A stretch of DNA of 64,000 nucleotides from the human T2T-CHM13v2.0 reference genome, Homo sapiens. The stretch lies in assembly GCF_009914755.1 (NCBI RefSeq), contig NC_060929.1. One strand, 5' to 3'. Positions 17,991-31,522 of the stretch are shown one piece after another (position 1 is the first letter of the stretch; each line of letters begins with the position of its first letter). A program made the position numbers and the translations under genes. The notes under the pieces are model-generated. The model was not told the DNA's origin. It saw only the letters and a program-made list of their open reading frames with translations, and made no database searches.

Positions 17991-19477
17991 GGAGTACCCA
18001 AAGAACCCACCAAAGTGCCCCCCAAGACAATCGGCTTCAAATGCCTGCCAGCCCAGGTTCAGCCGCCAGCTGACAACAGCACTAGTCAACCAAGGCCTTC
18101 CGCGGCTGGACTCCTCTCTCCCGAGCCCCTCCCACCTTCTCCCTGAAAGATGATCCCAAATGGTGGCCTCATTCTGAAGACGAGGGAAGTGGGGTATGAT
18201 GCACGTTGGAGAAAAAGAGAAGAGGCCAACCAAGCCTCCTTTTGCCCAGTGCCAGTGGCCAACTTTTAGTTGGCCCAAGCTGGGGGAAGAGAAGAAGCAT
18301 TAACATTGAATGAAATTACTGATTGTATTATTACACTGGCCTCGACATGCTAAGAGCAAGACCTACTGTTAACTAAAAGTGGTCAGAGGTGTACAATAAT
18401 TTGCCCTAAATTTTCTTTCAATTAGGGTCAGGAAAAAACTAGTTCTATGGAATAAATGTCAAGGGACAGAAGACAAAAATACAGTTTTTATTATAATAAA
18501 GTCATGCTAACTCAATGAAACATTTACTTTGGGAAAACAAGACTGAAATAGTCAACAAAAGCTCTTATGGAAAGGCTGGTTTAAAAAAAAAAAAAAAGCA
18601 ACCTTATATCTAATTGATGATATATACTGCCAACCCTAAGCAGAGTTTGCAGGAGCACTGCTTTTATGGTTAAATCTTCAATAAAAGACACAGTCCACAG
18701 AAAAAGCCTCTCTCTCTGAAACAAAACTGCTAGAAGCTAGCAGGAAAACAAAGGGTTTTGTTGTTTCTGTTGTGGTTGCTGCGGGTGCAGTGTCGTTGTT
18801 CAGTAGAAGTCCTTAGGTTTTAGGAAGCAGAAATCCTGGGCTGAATTTATGACTTGAATAGGTAGTTCCACAGTAAAGGTAATCCTTCATTTGACATTTC
18901 TTCACTTAGTTGTTTTTTCCATATTGTTCACATCGAGCCTTGCCGTTTGATTTATTCTTACCATAATGCACTTGTACATTTGCTGTTTTGATTATTATCT
19001 CATACTTAAAGCTGAGTTGGCACTTTCTTCCAGGGCCTTCATTTCCAGTGGCTTATAAATTTTATGAACAAATTACTTTTTATTTATCAACCCCTTCCTC
19101 TGCCCAGCAGTGAATTTTTTGGAAGGTTGGCAGGGAATGCACAAATACTATTTTTTAAATGAAACATCCTAATGAAGAAGGCTGTGGTATTTGAGGGGGA
19201 ATAAGCCAAGATACTCCTTTCTTTTAAATTATTGCATTACTCTAAAATAAAGAAATAAATATAATTTAGGAAACATAATATAAAGCAAATACATGTGCTA
19301 GTCTCCAAAAGCAGAATGAATTCCTTGGAGGAGGTACTGGGCCAGGATCTCATTTGTTCTGGTATATAGCTTCTAGGCTGGAATGTTTCCAAAGCAGTTA
19401 TAATTCCATAACCCCATCAAGTTATGCAAAAAAAGTTGATAAGTTTATTATGATTTCAAGAATGACATTTGACTTAC

Positions 19478-19531
19478 ATAGGAGCAAGAAGCTGTCAGAC
19501 TCTGGATTGACAGCATCCTCCATCAGCAGCA
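19478..19531 (-). CDS. Candidate 54-nt internal coding exon of an unidentified minus-strand host gene (xLLMEDAVNPESDSFLLLx)
   Basis: Minus strand ctttaatatctttttacag|TGCTGCTG...CTCCTAT|gtaagt; length divisible by 3; one open frame; non-repetitive context. Confidence 0.6.
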
Positions 19532-19634
19532 CTGTAAAAAGATATTAAAGTCACCACAAGGGGGATAGGGTTGGTGCACATGAATAAACTCCATAGAAGA
19601 ATGGATTCAACATTTACTTAGGCTACAAAACAAG

Positions 19635-19760
19635 CATTATTATCCCCACTTTGCAGAGAAAGATACTGAAATTCAGAGAGGCTGAATATCTTGCCCAAGT
19701 TCACACAGTCAGTGTTACAGCTTGGATCTAAACCAAAGATCTCTCTCTCCAAAATATTGC
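19635..19760 (-). mobile_element. MIR
   Basis: attattatccccactttgcagag..tcttgcccaagttcacacag. Confidence 0.8.
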
Positions 19761-20671
19761 ATTTTAATTTTAGATAATATTTTTTAACCTTCTCATCCTT
19801 CCCACCAAAATACACTATCCATCCTTCTAAAAATCAGAAAAATGGCCAATTTGGGGAGGTACAATAAATACTAAAAAGGCTGAAAGTCAAGAGTGTAGAT
19901 GGTTTGATTTCTGGATGATGGTTTTGGAGGTAAAAAGCACAGCAGAGCCCAGGAGTCAGAAAATTCTGGGTTCCCCCTCCATTCCACCTCTCCCCTCTGC
20001 CGGTCATCTCAGCCACTCTCCCAACACCTGAGAGTCCAGCCTGAGAAGAATCACTTCCATTCATCAAAAAAGGAAACTCAGAAACATCAATTGCCCAGAT
20101 TTACACAGTAAATGCTATTCTGACTCCTTAATAACTAGACAATGGTAAATTTGAATTAACCCATATCCAGAATTCTAGATCTCATAATTATCTGGTGTTA
20201 AGGAAATTCAGCCAAAGAGAGAATCCCCGATTATGTCTGTAGTCACAAAAAAAGCAGCACCCACCTTTAATGGTATATATCCTGAAATTCTACCAGATAA
20301 CCGAAAAAAAAAAAAAAAACCCATAAAACTAAAACAAGTAGCTCTAGGCACTAAAATAAGAAAATATTTTTAACAGTGCTAAGAAGCCAAACTTCAATTA
20401 TAAGAATATTGAAGGTTTTTATTGAGGATAAGAAAACACCCCAGGAGATTTCAGTTTTTACTCAGTATCACTTCCACAAAAAGGCAACTACATTATGCTG
20501 TTAGCAATTGCACAGGCTGCACTCCACTTCCTTGAGGAAAAAATGAGGAATTGGGCTCATATAAAAACATATGCAAGAAAGGAAGTGTCAAGATTTGTCT
20601 GGGAATATTACATATTTAACCTAAAGTGGGAGTCTAATGTTCACCTTAGCTTCCCAATAGGAATCCCTTTC

Positions 20672-21495
20672 TTTTTTTTTTTTTCTTCAACTTTTAAGTT
20701 CTGGGGTACATGCACAAGATGTTCAGGTGACATAGGTAAATGTGCGCCATGGTGGTTTGCTGCACAGATCAACCCATCACCTGGGTATTAAGTCCATCAT
20801 TCATTAGCTATTCTTACTGATGCTCTCCCTCCCCCTACCCCCACCCCAGAGGCCCCAGTGTGTGTTGTTCCCCTACCCAATGTCAGTGTGCTTTCCTCAT
20901 TCAGCTCCCACTTATAAGTGAGAACATGTCATGTTTGGTTTTCTGTTATTGAATTAGTTTGCTGAGGATAACAGTTTCTAGCTCCATCCATGTTCCTGTA
21001 AAAGACATGATCTTGTTCCTTTTTATGGCTGCATAGTATTTCATGGTGTATATGTGCCACATTTTATTTATCCAATCTATCATTGATAAGCATTTGGGTT
21101 GATTCCATATCATTGCTATTGTGAATAGCTCTGCAGTGAATATACGTGTGCATGTGTCTTTATAACAGAATGATTTCTATTCCTTTGGGTATATACTCAG
21201 TAATGGGATTACTGGGTCAAATGGTATTTCTGCCTCTAGGTCTTTGAGAATCACCACAAGGTATTCCACAATGGGTGAACTAATTTACACTCCCACCAAC
21301 AGTGTAAAAGCATTCTTTTTTCTCCATAACCTTACCAGCATGTGTTGTTTCTTGACTTCTTAATTATCACCATTTTGACTGGCATGAGATGGTATCTCAT
21401 TGTGGTTTCATTTTGCATTTCTCTAATCATCAGTGATGTTGAGCTTTTTTTCATGTTTCTTGGCCACATAAATGTCTTCTTTTGAGAAGCGTCTG
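20672..21495 (-). mobile_element. 5'-truncated L1PA13-16-like 3' end
   Basis: caacttttaagttctggggtacatg..ggtttgctgcacagatcaacccatcacc; TSD aggaa(t/c)ccctttct at 20659 and 21496. Confidence 0.93.
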
Positions 21496-21797
21496 AGGAA
21501 CCCCTTTCTATGGGGAATTCCATACTGTTTGAGTTTTGATGTGGGGAGAAGATGGACAGTCACCCCTAGAGGAGCTGAAAATGTTACATAGTCCCTTGCC
21601 ATGTGGGCACATTCGAAGCAAAGGTTCTGCCGATCAGAGAACCGCACCAGGCTTGGTACAGAAAATTCTCTCACACTAAGCGATTTCAATCTTTCTTTTT
21701 TCTTCCTCTCTCTCTTTTCCTCCCTCTCTCATACTAGCAGCAGCAGCAGTAGCTGCAAGGCAAAGCTCCTGGCACAGAAGCCACATTTAATACTGCC

Positions 21798-23295
21798 CAG
21801 GAGAAAATATGTGCAAACCATACACCTGATAAGAGATGAATATCCAAAATATATATATATCAGACAACTCAATAGCAAGAAAACAACCTGATTACAAAAT
21901 AGACAAAGAAGATGAATAGACATTTCTCAAAAGAAGATATACAAATGACTAGCAGGTATATTTTAAAATGCTTAGCATCACTAATAATAAAAGAAAAACT
22001 TCAGCTGAATTAAATTTAAAGAAGTTTAATTGAGCAACAAATGAGTCATGAACTTGTTGTTCAAGGCAGCCTTCCTTGCCAGAGTGGGCCCAGAGACTCC
22101 AGCGCAGCCACATGGTGGGAGAAGATTTATGGACAGAAAAAGGAAAGTGAGGTACAGAAACAGCTGGATTGATTACAGTTCGGCATTTGCCTTATTTGAA
22201 CACAGTTCGAACAGTTGGCTACAAGTGATTGACCAAAACTCAGTGATTGGCACAAGTATAGGTTACAGTATGGTTACACCTCCACTTGTTATATAGTTCA
22301 TGGTGTACAGAAAACCCTTTAGGCTGAACTTAAAATATGTAAGGAGGCAACTTTAAGCTAAACTTGATTTAACACTCATCATCAGACAAATGCAAATTAA
22401 AACTACAAGAAGATATTCCCTCACACCTGTTAGATTGGCTATTATCACAAAGATGGAAAATAAGTGTTGGCAAGCATGCAGAAAAAAGAGAACCCTCGTA
22501 CACTGTTGGTGGGAATGTAAATTAGTACAGCCATTATGGAAAACAATGTGGAGGTTCCTCAAAAAAATTAAAATAGAGCCACCATATGATCCAGCAACCC
22601 CACTTCTGAGTATAGATCCAAAGGAAATGAAATCAGTGTGTCGAAGAGGTATCTGTACTTGCATATTCATTGCAGCATTATTCACAACAGCCAAAATATA
22701 AAATCAACATGAATGTCCATTGACAGATGAATGGATAAAGAAAATGTGGCATATATATGCAATGGAATATAATTCAGCCTTAAAAAGGAAGAAAATCCTG
22801 TCATTTGCAACAACATGGATAAACCTGAAGGACATTATGCTAAGTAAAATAAGCCAGGCACAGAAAGACAAATACTGCATGATCTCACTTATATGTGGAA
22901 TCTAAAAAAATTTGAACTCACAGAAGCAAAAGTAGAACACCAGTTGCCAGGGACTAGGGGCGGGACAGGGAGAAAATGGGAAGATGTTGATCAAAGGGCA
23001 CAAAGTTTCAGCCAGAAAGGATGTATAAGTTCTGGAGCTCTACTGTACATGATAATTGTAGTTAATAATAATGTATTGTATACTTGAAAATTACTAAGAG
23101 AATAGATCTTAAATGTTCTCACCACAAAAATACAAGTATGTAAGGTGACAGACATGTTAATTAGCTTGATCTAATAATTTCAGTGTATACATAGAGTGAA
23201 ACATCATGTTGTACATACCATAAATATATATAATTTTTATTTGTTGATTATATATTAATATAGCTGAGAAAGAATTTAAAATTTTAAAAAACAAA
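21798..23295 (+). mobile_element. L1MA-type ORF2 end and 3'UTR, split by an LTR
   Basis: [42 protein letters not shown]; L1MA 3'UTR. Confidence 0.92.
21985..22374 (-). mobile_element. ERV1 solo LTR, MER57-like
   Basis: Reverse complement starts tgttaaatcaagtttagcttaaagttgcctccttacatattttaagttcagcctaaagg; L1 resumes on both sides. Confidence 0.8.
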
Positions 23296-23702
23296 ACTGT
23301 ACTACCCAGTGCTCAGTGGCTGCAGTGGTGGTACTTTTCTTATAAGACCAGGCCTATGGCTGGTATTTAGACATTTTTTCTGGAAGTTCAGCCTCAAGAC
23401 TGGGTGTCTCCAGTCCTCTATATATTTCTGTGAGCACCCTCTATCCTTAATAAACCAAAGTTCATTTTTGTTGTGTGCTACCAAGAATTCTGACAGAATC
23501 AAAACCCAGCTCGGACAGCACTTGCCTGTACAGTCCACCAACATTCTTTTAATGGATGACCTAAATCACTAAGGAAAGTTTCAATTATATTTTCTACATT
23601 CTGATTACTAGGATATAGAGTGTGGACTATCATTTTGGAAATTTCCATTTAAAAAAGAAAGAAATGGTTTTGTTAATTAAATCAAATCCTCCAAAACAAC
23701 AA

Positions 23703-24068
23703 TGCTATTGTCTGAGTATCTGTGTTCCTCCAAAATTTATATGTTGACATCTAATCACCAGTATGATGGTATTAGGAGGTGGGGCCTTCAGGAGGTGATT
23801 AGGTCATAAGCATAGAGACATTATAAATTTAGAATTAGTGCCCTTATAAGAGACCCCAGAAAGCCAGCTCACCCTTTTCCCCATGTGAGCATGCAATGAA
23901 AAGCCACCATCTATGAACTAGAAAATGGGCCCTTAGGAGACACCGAATCTGCTGCCCCCTTGATCTTGTACTTCCCAGCTTCCAGAACTATGAGAAATGA
24001 ATTTCTATTGTTTATAAGCCACCCAGTCTGTGGTATTTTTGTTATAGCAGCCTGAACAGACTGAAACA
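23703..24068 (+). mobile_element. MaLR LTR (MLT1A0-like)
   Basis: tgctattg...gcagcctgaacagactgaaaca; 5-bp TSD aacaa. Confidence 0.9.
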
Positions 24069-24600
24069 AACAATCATCCAAACACTTTATGCCCAATCAT
24101 ACTAGGCTTCCATGGTATTACTGTGATATGATGTATGATACAATGCATAACACATTCCACACTAAAGAAATGCTTAGGAATGCCCAGAAAGCATTTATAG
24201 GGCATGGGTTTTGTGTTTGTATCTGGGATGGAAGTGGGGAACGTAAGAAGCAGAGGCAAAGAAATGGTTATAAACATCACCACTGTTGATTTGAGTTCAT
24301 TTGAACAATTTTTAATAATTCCAAACTCACAATGTGATACTACATTGTGACTTGTAATTGCTAATAACTTCTTTGAGGGTGAAAGTAGGATAGGAGTTGA
24401 GGGAGAGATTACATCATTAATGTCTCTTTTTCAATTCATACTCTGGTTTTTAAAAAGAGATAAAGAAAAACATCTATTAACAGTAAATTATGTAAGAGTC
24501 TAACCGGACCATCAACCTTAACTTGATTATATGAAAAACAACTGGAGATCAAGGGCATTAAAAAAACATGTTTTATGAATGTATACGTATATAGCACATA

Positions 24601-24679
24601 TTAGGTTGATGCAAAAGTAATTACAGTTTTGCCATTGAAAGTAATAGCAAAAACCACAATTACTTTTGCACCAATCTAA
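24601..24679. mobile_element. MADE1 mariner (Hsmar1-derived) MITE
   Basis: ta-ttaggttgatgcaaaagtaatt...aattacttttgcaccaatctaa-ta; ~80-bp palindrome with TA flanks. Confidence 0.93.
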
Positions 24680-25829
24680 TATAAATTATTTGTAATGGCA
24701 AAACCACAATTACTTTTGCACTAACCTAATATAAATACATTTAAGATTTGTTTCGTTTCAGCACATGGAATTCTACTAGACAGAGGGCTGGAAACAAACA
24801 AACAAAAAACCTGGCTGTCCCTTCAAGTAGCAGTAGTCTATAATGTAATCTAGAACATATAAACTGCTACATTACTAAAGAAAAGGCCATATCTCAAAGG
24901 AGCTCCATCAGTTTGAAACAAAAGAAAAGGGAATAAATTGAATCAAAAGAAAATGAAGGAAAGTCAGGAGAAAAGGTAAACTTCCTTAAGACAGAATACA
25001 AGGCAGGTCACCGTGGATCGTTGTTAAGACTGTTTTGACTGAATTCATTAATTAAATTGATCAAACAGTTCAATGTCATCTAAAAAAACATTTAATGCTT
25101 TTGATGAAACTGATAGATAATTAATTACATAGACAGACAAAATAGTCCATGCAGGTGTGTGCTGATACAGCAAGAAGTCTTAAAGAAAAAGATCCTAAGA
25201 AAAGGACAAAACCAAATGAATATGTTCCTGAAAAAACAATGCTGAGAAACAGAAAGAGGCAAGTGATAGAGCAATCGCTCCTCAAAGGCTGTAAATTGTA
25301 TCGGGTAAATGAAGACCTCTGATTAGCTCCTGGCTATGCTGCTAATAAGGGAAAATTCTTCAGATTACCTATGATTGCAGCAATTTTCAAAGCATTAGAA
25401 TGTACAAGAGACAAGTGAATGATGGGTTCGAGGGGGTGAATGAAGAAAAAGAGTTAATATATTTTTAATAAAAACTGAAGGTGGAAACCAGCCATGGGAT
25501 AATGTCGTGAAATAAAAAATGAGGTGGCAGAAGGGGTACCCTGCATCCCAAAAAGGAAACACTTCCAGTAGCAAGAAATAGACTGGCTCATAAAGAAAAG
25601 CCTTCCCCCTACTCTTTTCCAGCTATGTTTCAGAACAAACACTTTAAGATAGTTAATTTGATTTTTTTAATGAAACATGTCACACAACGATATTTTCTGA
25701 CGGCAATGTCTAATTATATGAGATCGAGAGATCACGGTGAGACTAATACTGCTTTTCCCTACCTTCCTTTTGCTGTGTCCTTAACGGGTTGCAAGATCCC
25801 CTACACAGATCCACACAAAATTTACCAGT

Positions 25830-26060
25830 CTGCAGTCAGTCAATACATATGCATTGAGCACCTACTATGTGGCAGGCATTCTTCTGGGTGCTGGGATTTC
25901 AGCAGTAAACAAAACAAAAAATCCCTGTTCTTATGCAGTGAATATTCTAGTTGAGAGGGGAGAAAGACAGGCAAATAAATAAATAATACACACAGGAGGT
26001 CAGATTGTCATAAATGCTCTGGAGAATGATACAGCAAGGTCAAGAGAACCAGAATGGTTG
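25830..26060 (-). mobile_element. L2 3' fragment
   Basis: cattgagcacctactatgtggcaggcattcttctgggtgctggga. Confidence 0.8.
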
Positions 26061-26139
26061 GAGTAAGAAGCTGCCTGATAATCATACACGCGAACAGGAA
26101 TGAGTGACTAGGGCCTGAAAGAAGACCTTGGGTCCTGGA

Positions 26140-26360
26140 CTTTTTTGTTGTTCTTTTTTAATAGTGTTAAAATACATATAACATAAAATTTACCCTCTTA
26201 ACCATTTTTAAGCATACAGTTCAGTGGTGTTAAGTACATTCATGTTGCTGTGCAACCGATCTTCAGAACTCTTTTTATCTTGCAAAACTGAAACTCCAAT
26301 GCCGTTAAGAAACTCCCCATTTCCCACCCACCAACTCCCCAGCCCCTTGTGACCACATTT
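26140..26360 (-). mobile_element. L1MB 3' end fragment
   Basis: acataaaatttaccctcttaaccatttttaagcatacagttcagtgg. Confidence 0.85.
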
Positions 26361-26499
26361 CACTGCACTAGGTGCCTCACAGAAGTGAAATGAGACAGAA
26401 TTTGTTGGGTTCTGGGCTTCTTGTGGTGACTACTGGAAACTGCAATACAGTGCCTACAGAGATCAGTTCTGAGATGGTCAAGATGAAGAGAAATGAGAC

Positions 26500-26782
26500 T
26501 AATCCCAGCTCTTTGGGAGGCCAAAGCAGGAGGATAGCTTTAGCCCAAGAGTTTGAAATCAGCCTGGACAACATAGTGAGATCCTGTCTCTACAAAAAAA
26601 CTTAAAAATTAGTGGGGCCTCGTGCCGTGCACCTATCATCCCAGCTACTCAGGAGGCAGAGGCGGGAAGGTCACTTGAGCCTGAGGTCGAGGCTGCAGTG
26701 AGCTGTGATCATGCCACTGCATCCCCTCCTGGGTTACAGAACAAGACCCTGTCTCAAAAACAAAACAAAACAGAACAAAACC
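26500..26782 (+). mobile_element. AluJ, 5'-truncated
   Basis: gaggtcgaggctgcagtgagctgtgatcatgcc; (CAAAA)n tail. Confidence 0.9.
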
Positions 26783-27569
26783 ATAGTAAGGCTCTGCAGG
26801 TTAGAACTGACAGGGGACTTTTCCAGGCACAATCAGAATTATAGGACCTTTCTACACTCCTGCGTACGTGGCAGACTCCCAACTCTCAGGGTCTTCCTTG
26901 GCCCCTGCAGAATAAAATGTGAAAAGCCAAGCATCTTCTTACCTGAAGCAGGTGAAACTCCTGGGATCCCTCTTGACTGCCCAGAAATCTGGCTATTGCA
27001 GGGCAGGCAAAACACTCCCATGGTGCCCAACACATGAAGTGCACCCTCCAGAATGTTCTACACAAGGCTTAGTTTAGTGTGAGTACTCTGACCTTCCTTC
27101 CAAAAGGAAGCCCAGTTTTGTTATAAGGGAATCACTCTGCTCAACTGCCAAAGGGCAGGTCTACTTATATCTGCTCCTCAGAAAAACCAATGTGCCCCCT
27201 CCCATGAAGAGCACAGGCCAGTGCACTGAGGCCACCTGCTCCCACTCCAGGATCCTGCTACCTGGGCTCAGCTCTGCTCCTTCTCACTCTTGGGCCACAG
27301 TCATTGCAGCATAGGCCCCTTAGCCACTCAGAGCAGGGCAGGCCTTTTCACCCACCCAACCCCAACACAGACACATCTCCCTTAGCATTCTCACTCACAC
27401 AAGAGTGTGGTCAGACACTCCCCTAGCCTCCTGAGCCATGTGTTGGCACACTATCAGTGACACTGGAGCCACCAATATTAATAAGTTTCTTACTGGTGGA
27501 GGACAAGGACAGATGAATTGGGATCAATTTCAGATAAGTTGCCTTCGTTCATCATCCCCTTTTGTTTTT

Positions 27570-27970
27570 AATAATTTTTTTAATAATTCTATAAAAAATA
27601 AATAATGTCTTTATTTTTATTTCCTAATTCATATTTGTTATAGTAAAATTAGAAAATACAGGTAGACTAAAAGAAAAAAGAACCACGCCATTCAGAGTTA
27701 ATCATCATAAATATTTTGATGTTTAGTCTTTTAGATTATCTGTATTAATTACACAAACTGTAAAATAAAAACAGATTCAACCTGTTTTATTTGTATTTGT
27801 ATTATGACCACCTTCATATATCCCTAATTTTAATTTTACAATATCCTCTTTCATTAATAGCTGTATCATATTCCATCAAATGGTTACAATACAATTTATC
27901 CCAATTTCCCATTGTTGACTTTTCATGTTGCTTCCAGAATTCTTCTTAATGTTGCTGTGAAAAGACTTTC
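27570..27970 (-). mobile_element. Ancient L1M fragment
   Basis: T-rich; ttaatagctgtatcatattccat..caatttcccattgttgac. Confidence 0.5.
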
Positions 27971-27974
27971 TCAA

Positions 27975-28375
27975 AAGTCTAGCTTCAGGCATGTTTAATA
28001 CAGGTATTTAAATGATATCATCTGGAATCAGTGTCTGTCCAAATTCTTTGGTTTCCAGTGGGTACACTTTATTATCAGTCAGACTCTCCCCACATGGTAG
28101 CAAGATGGCCACCAGCAGCTCCAGCCCTGATTATCTCTGCCAAACAAGTCTCAGAAGACACACCCATTGGAGTGGGTGCCTTCGCCACATGCCTAGGCCT
28201 CACTCAATCTGTGTGGTAAGAGAAATAGAACACCAGTTGACCAGCCCTCAGTCACAAATTCATCCCTGTGTTCTGGAGGTGGGGATGAGTCCCATCGAAA
28301 CCACAAAGACAAAGAATTGGGGAGAAAGTGAGGAATGGAAGCTGAATAGCAAAACAACAGATATCCACTACAACC
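27975..28375 (-). mobile_element. Old MaLR LTR fragment (MLT1J/K-like)
   Basis: tctagcttcaggcatg..gcaagatggccaccagcagctccagcc. Confidence 0.45.
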
Positions 28376-28864
28376 AGCTACATGGAAATCACTCTCCTCT
28401 CCTCCCATGAGCCACATCCTTCCATTGGGTCTCTGAGTCCTGAGGAACCACCTTCTGAGGGCTCTTACCCCCGTCACTGGCCCTCTCCCACCTCCCAGAA
28501 CTGCACTGGGGTGGTAAAACTGTTCACCTCCTCTGCCCTCTGAAGGTGTTGTTCATACCCCATGTACCATAGTCAATCCGCACTCCCAGAGGGAGTCTTG
28601 CCAAAGCTCCCAATTGACTGTGACCTTCCTTCCTCTGTACTAGAGTTTCTATTTAGCAATTAATTATGTAACACTCTGTCCATGTCTTATATTTTTATTT
28701 AACTTTATCTGTATGAATCTTGTCTCTCCCCAGTTAGTCTTTAAAAGTGAATTTTTTTAAGAAGACACACACAATTTTTAAGGGCCCCCTCCAAACTACA
28801 CATTTTGCCTAATTAGACATATATTTAATCTTTATAGGCCCCTCAGTTTGTCTCTTCTTTCCTT

Positions 28865-29074
28865 TCAGTTCCTTTCAGTAAGGTGAGCCACATTTGATTT
28901 ACACTGGCTCACAAGAACTGATTGTTAAATTTTCAGGAACTTTGCAAGCAGATTGTTAAATAATTGGCAGTTCAAAATCTGCCATGGCAGGACTATTTAC
29001 ACCACAGAAATTGGCAAATATTATAAATTTTTTTCGGAAAGCCGGTTGTTAAACATTTGCCAATACCCCACCAG
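28865..29074 (+). mobile_element. MER63-like hAT DNA transposon
   Basis: gattgttaaattttcaggaactttgc..tatttacaccacagaaattggcaaa..agccggttgttaaacattt. Confidence 0.8.
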
Positions 29075-29659
29075 TCCCTTCTACCACTTGCCTTGCATTC
29101 AAATGATGTTTTAGATTTTGCAAAGCCCCGCATGTCACTCCCATCAGATCCTGTGGGTTGTGAAACACACAAGCTGAATGAGATTATAGCCAAAAACTAG
29201 CCAAAGCTCAGAGTAACAAGAATCCACACACACATATACAAGACATCTCCTTAGGCAATCTGTGGGTGAGGCTAGAGATCTAGATTTCTTGGTTAAAGCA
29301 GGTCTTCGCATTCCAATGTCCAGGGCAGGTCTTTGATGACGTGATAAGCCCAGCCTCCAAAGCAGCAGCAGAAGCAAAGCCTGACTTTATGTTTAGCTTT
29401 TATTCTGAAGAAGTCTTCTGTAACCTATCCTTCCTGTTATTGCTTATGTATCTTTTGATCTTTCTAGAGCCAGTAAGCTGCACGTGTGGAATGTGACTCT
29501 AAATCACTCTGGATTATCTGTATACTCCCTTCATTTTGGGTAGAAATCTGTCTCTTTGGTATAAATCTGTTCCTTTCCCAAATCTTTTCTTAGTAACCTC
29601 AATCTTTAACATGTTTCCATACCCTCATCTTTGACCTTTACATTTGTTCATGCAGAGTC

Positions 29660-29800
29660 ACATCACACCCCTGTGAAATATGTAAGGCAGATTTACTAAG
29701 CCCATTTTACAGGTGGGGAAACTGACACCCAGAGATTTACTCAGGCTCACATAACTAGTTTACGGCAGAGCTGGGACTAAAATTCAGGACTCCAATGCCT
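29660..29800 (-). mobile_element. MIR
   Basis: cccattttacaggtggggaaactga. Confidence 0.75.
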
Positions 29801-30749
29801 TCAATTCATTCATTAACCTATTCGTTGATTTATTTATTCAGCAATATTTAATGATGCTATTAGAATGGCTGTTACTCCTCAGTTGGGCTAATGAGATTCT
29901 TGGCTTTATTATTACAGTCTGACTCTTTCCCACTAAGAATTGTTTCAAAAATACATTCAATTCCTATACCCTGTATGGGAATTTCCCGCCTCATGGAACT
30001 GACCTCTCCACCCCTGAGTGTTCCACATCTCAGAAAATCTAACTTGGAACCCGCAACCTAACCAAAAAAGCAGCAGGCAATAATGCCAAGACGGTGCCAG
30101 TCTCTCGCTAAATCTGATCCCCTGTAAATCTCCCAAGTATCTCTTTTAGAGCAGCGTGGCTATAAGCAACAGAAAGCAACTCTGGCATCTTTAATAAAAA
30201 TTGACTCCATTGGGAGGATGTGAGGTAATTTATAGAATCAAAGAGATCTGGAAACCCAAGCCTTAGAAAGAACTCAAATCAGGTCCAGGGATACACATGG
30301 CAGGTACCCTCACCACCACAACCGGACTCTAACCATCTTTAGTCATGGTTTCACAAAACTCAGTATCCAAATCCCAGAGCAATTAGTTTGCATACCTTCC
30401 CATGGGGGAAAGGAGCTCTCTAGTCTAGAGCAAGATAGGGATGCTGACAATCCAAAAAAGGAAAGAATCCGACATAGTTAATAATCACAGAGGTTAACAT
30501 GCATGTAGTATGTTAGAGTCTACAAAATACTTCCCCAACAATAGCTTTTATAAGGGCTCTATGAGATAAGCTGGACAGGTGGTGCTTTCCCAATTCCAGA
30601 AGATAAGAAACTCTTAGAGAGGTGAAGCGGCTTTGCCAAATCACTTCTCATTCCTGTTCTCTTTCTCCAAAGACTTCAATCCAATAACTACCCACCAGGC
30701 CACAAAAATACACGAGTATTCCCTAAGCCCTCATCTCTCTCCCAGACCT

Positions 30750-31522
30750 CTGTAATAAGCTCCTTATTGGTCTCCCTGCTGTCTCCCTTTTTCTCCCAAT
30801 GACATTTTCTTTACACAGCAACCAGAGTAATCCTTTTAAAATACATCAAATTATTTCACTTCCAAGCTCAAAACCTCCTAATGGCTCTCTATCACAGAAT
30901 AAAACTCAGAGTTTTATGTGGCCTACAATGCCTCACATGATCTGACCCACAGGCATCTCTTCTACCTTATCCCCTAGCACCCTACCATTTTCTTTCACTC
31001 TCACTGCACTCCAGTCACATCAGACTCTTTTCTGGACTTCAGCAGGCAGCAGACATTGTCATTTGAAGAATGACTCCCGCCTCAGGACCTTTGCACATGC
31101 GGTTCCTGCCGCTTGGAACACAACTTCTCCCAGACATCCAAACGGCTCTGTCCCCACCCAACAGAAGCCCTTCTGACTACATTATTGAAAATGCATATCC
31201 TATGCTCTCTGGTCTCTTATGAGATAATTAATTTCTAAACCCAAACACTTTTGAGAGTAAAAGGAGATGTTATTAATAATTACCCCCAAGATGACATAGG
31301 ATCACCTAAACCAATTTATTTCTCTTTATGGCATCTATCAGTATCTGTAATTACATTATGTATCCATGTCTTTATGTTTCCATTGTCCATCTTCTCCACT
31401 AAAATGTAAGTTCTTGAACATCAGGGCCTCTGCCTTGGTAATTGCTCTATCTCATAACCTAGAATAGTACCTGGTATATAACAGGCACTCAACAAATATT
31501 TATTGAATGAATTAATGAACAA
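30750..31522 (+). mobile_element. L2 3' portion (MER94/MER81-like piece at ~31220-31305)
   Basis: ctcaggacctttgcacatgcggttcc; ends gcactcaacaaatatttattgaatgaattaatgaa; insert acacttttgagagtaaaagg..tattaataattac. Confidence 0.85.

Noticed and set aside
17990-18470. Possible ancient LTR or promoter-like GC patch
   Set aside because: Could not assign termini or family from sequence alone
21735-21757. (CAG)n as a polyglutamine/polyserine coding repeat
   Set aside because: Short, impure and with no supported exon context
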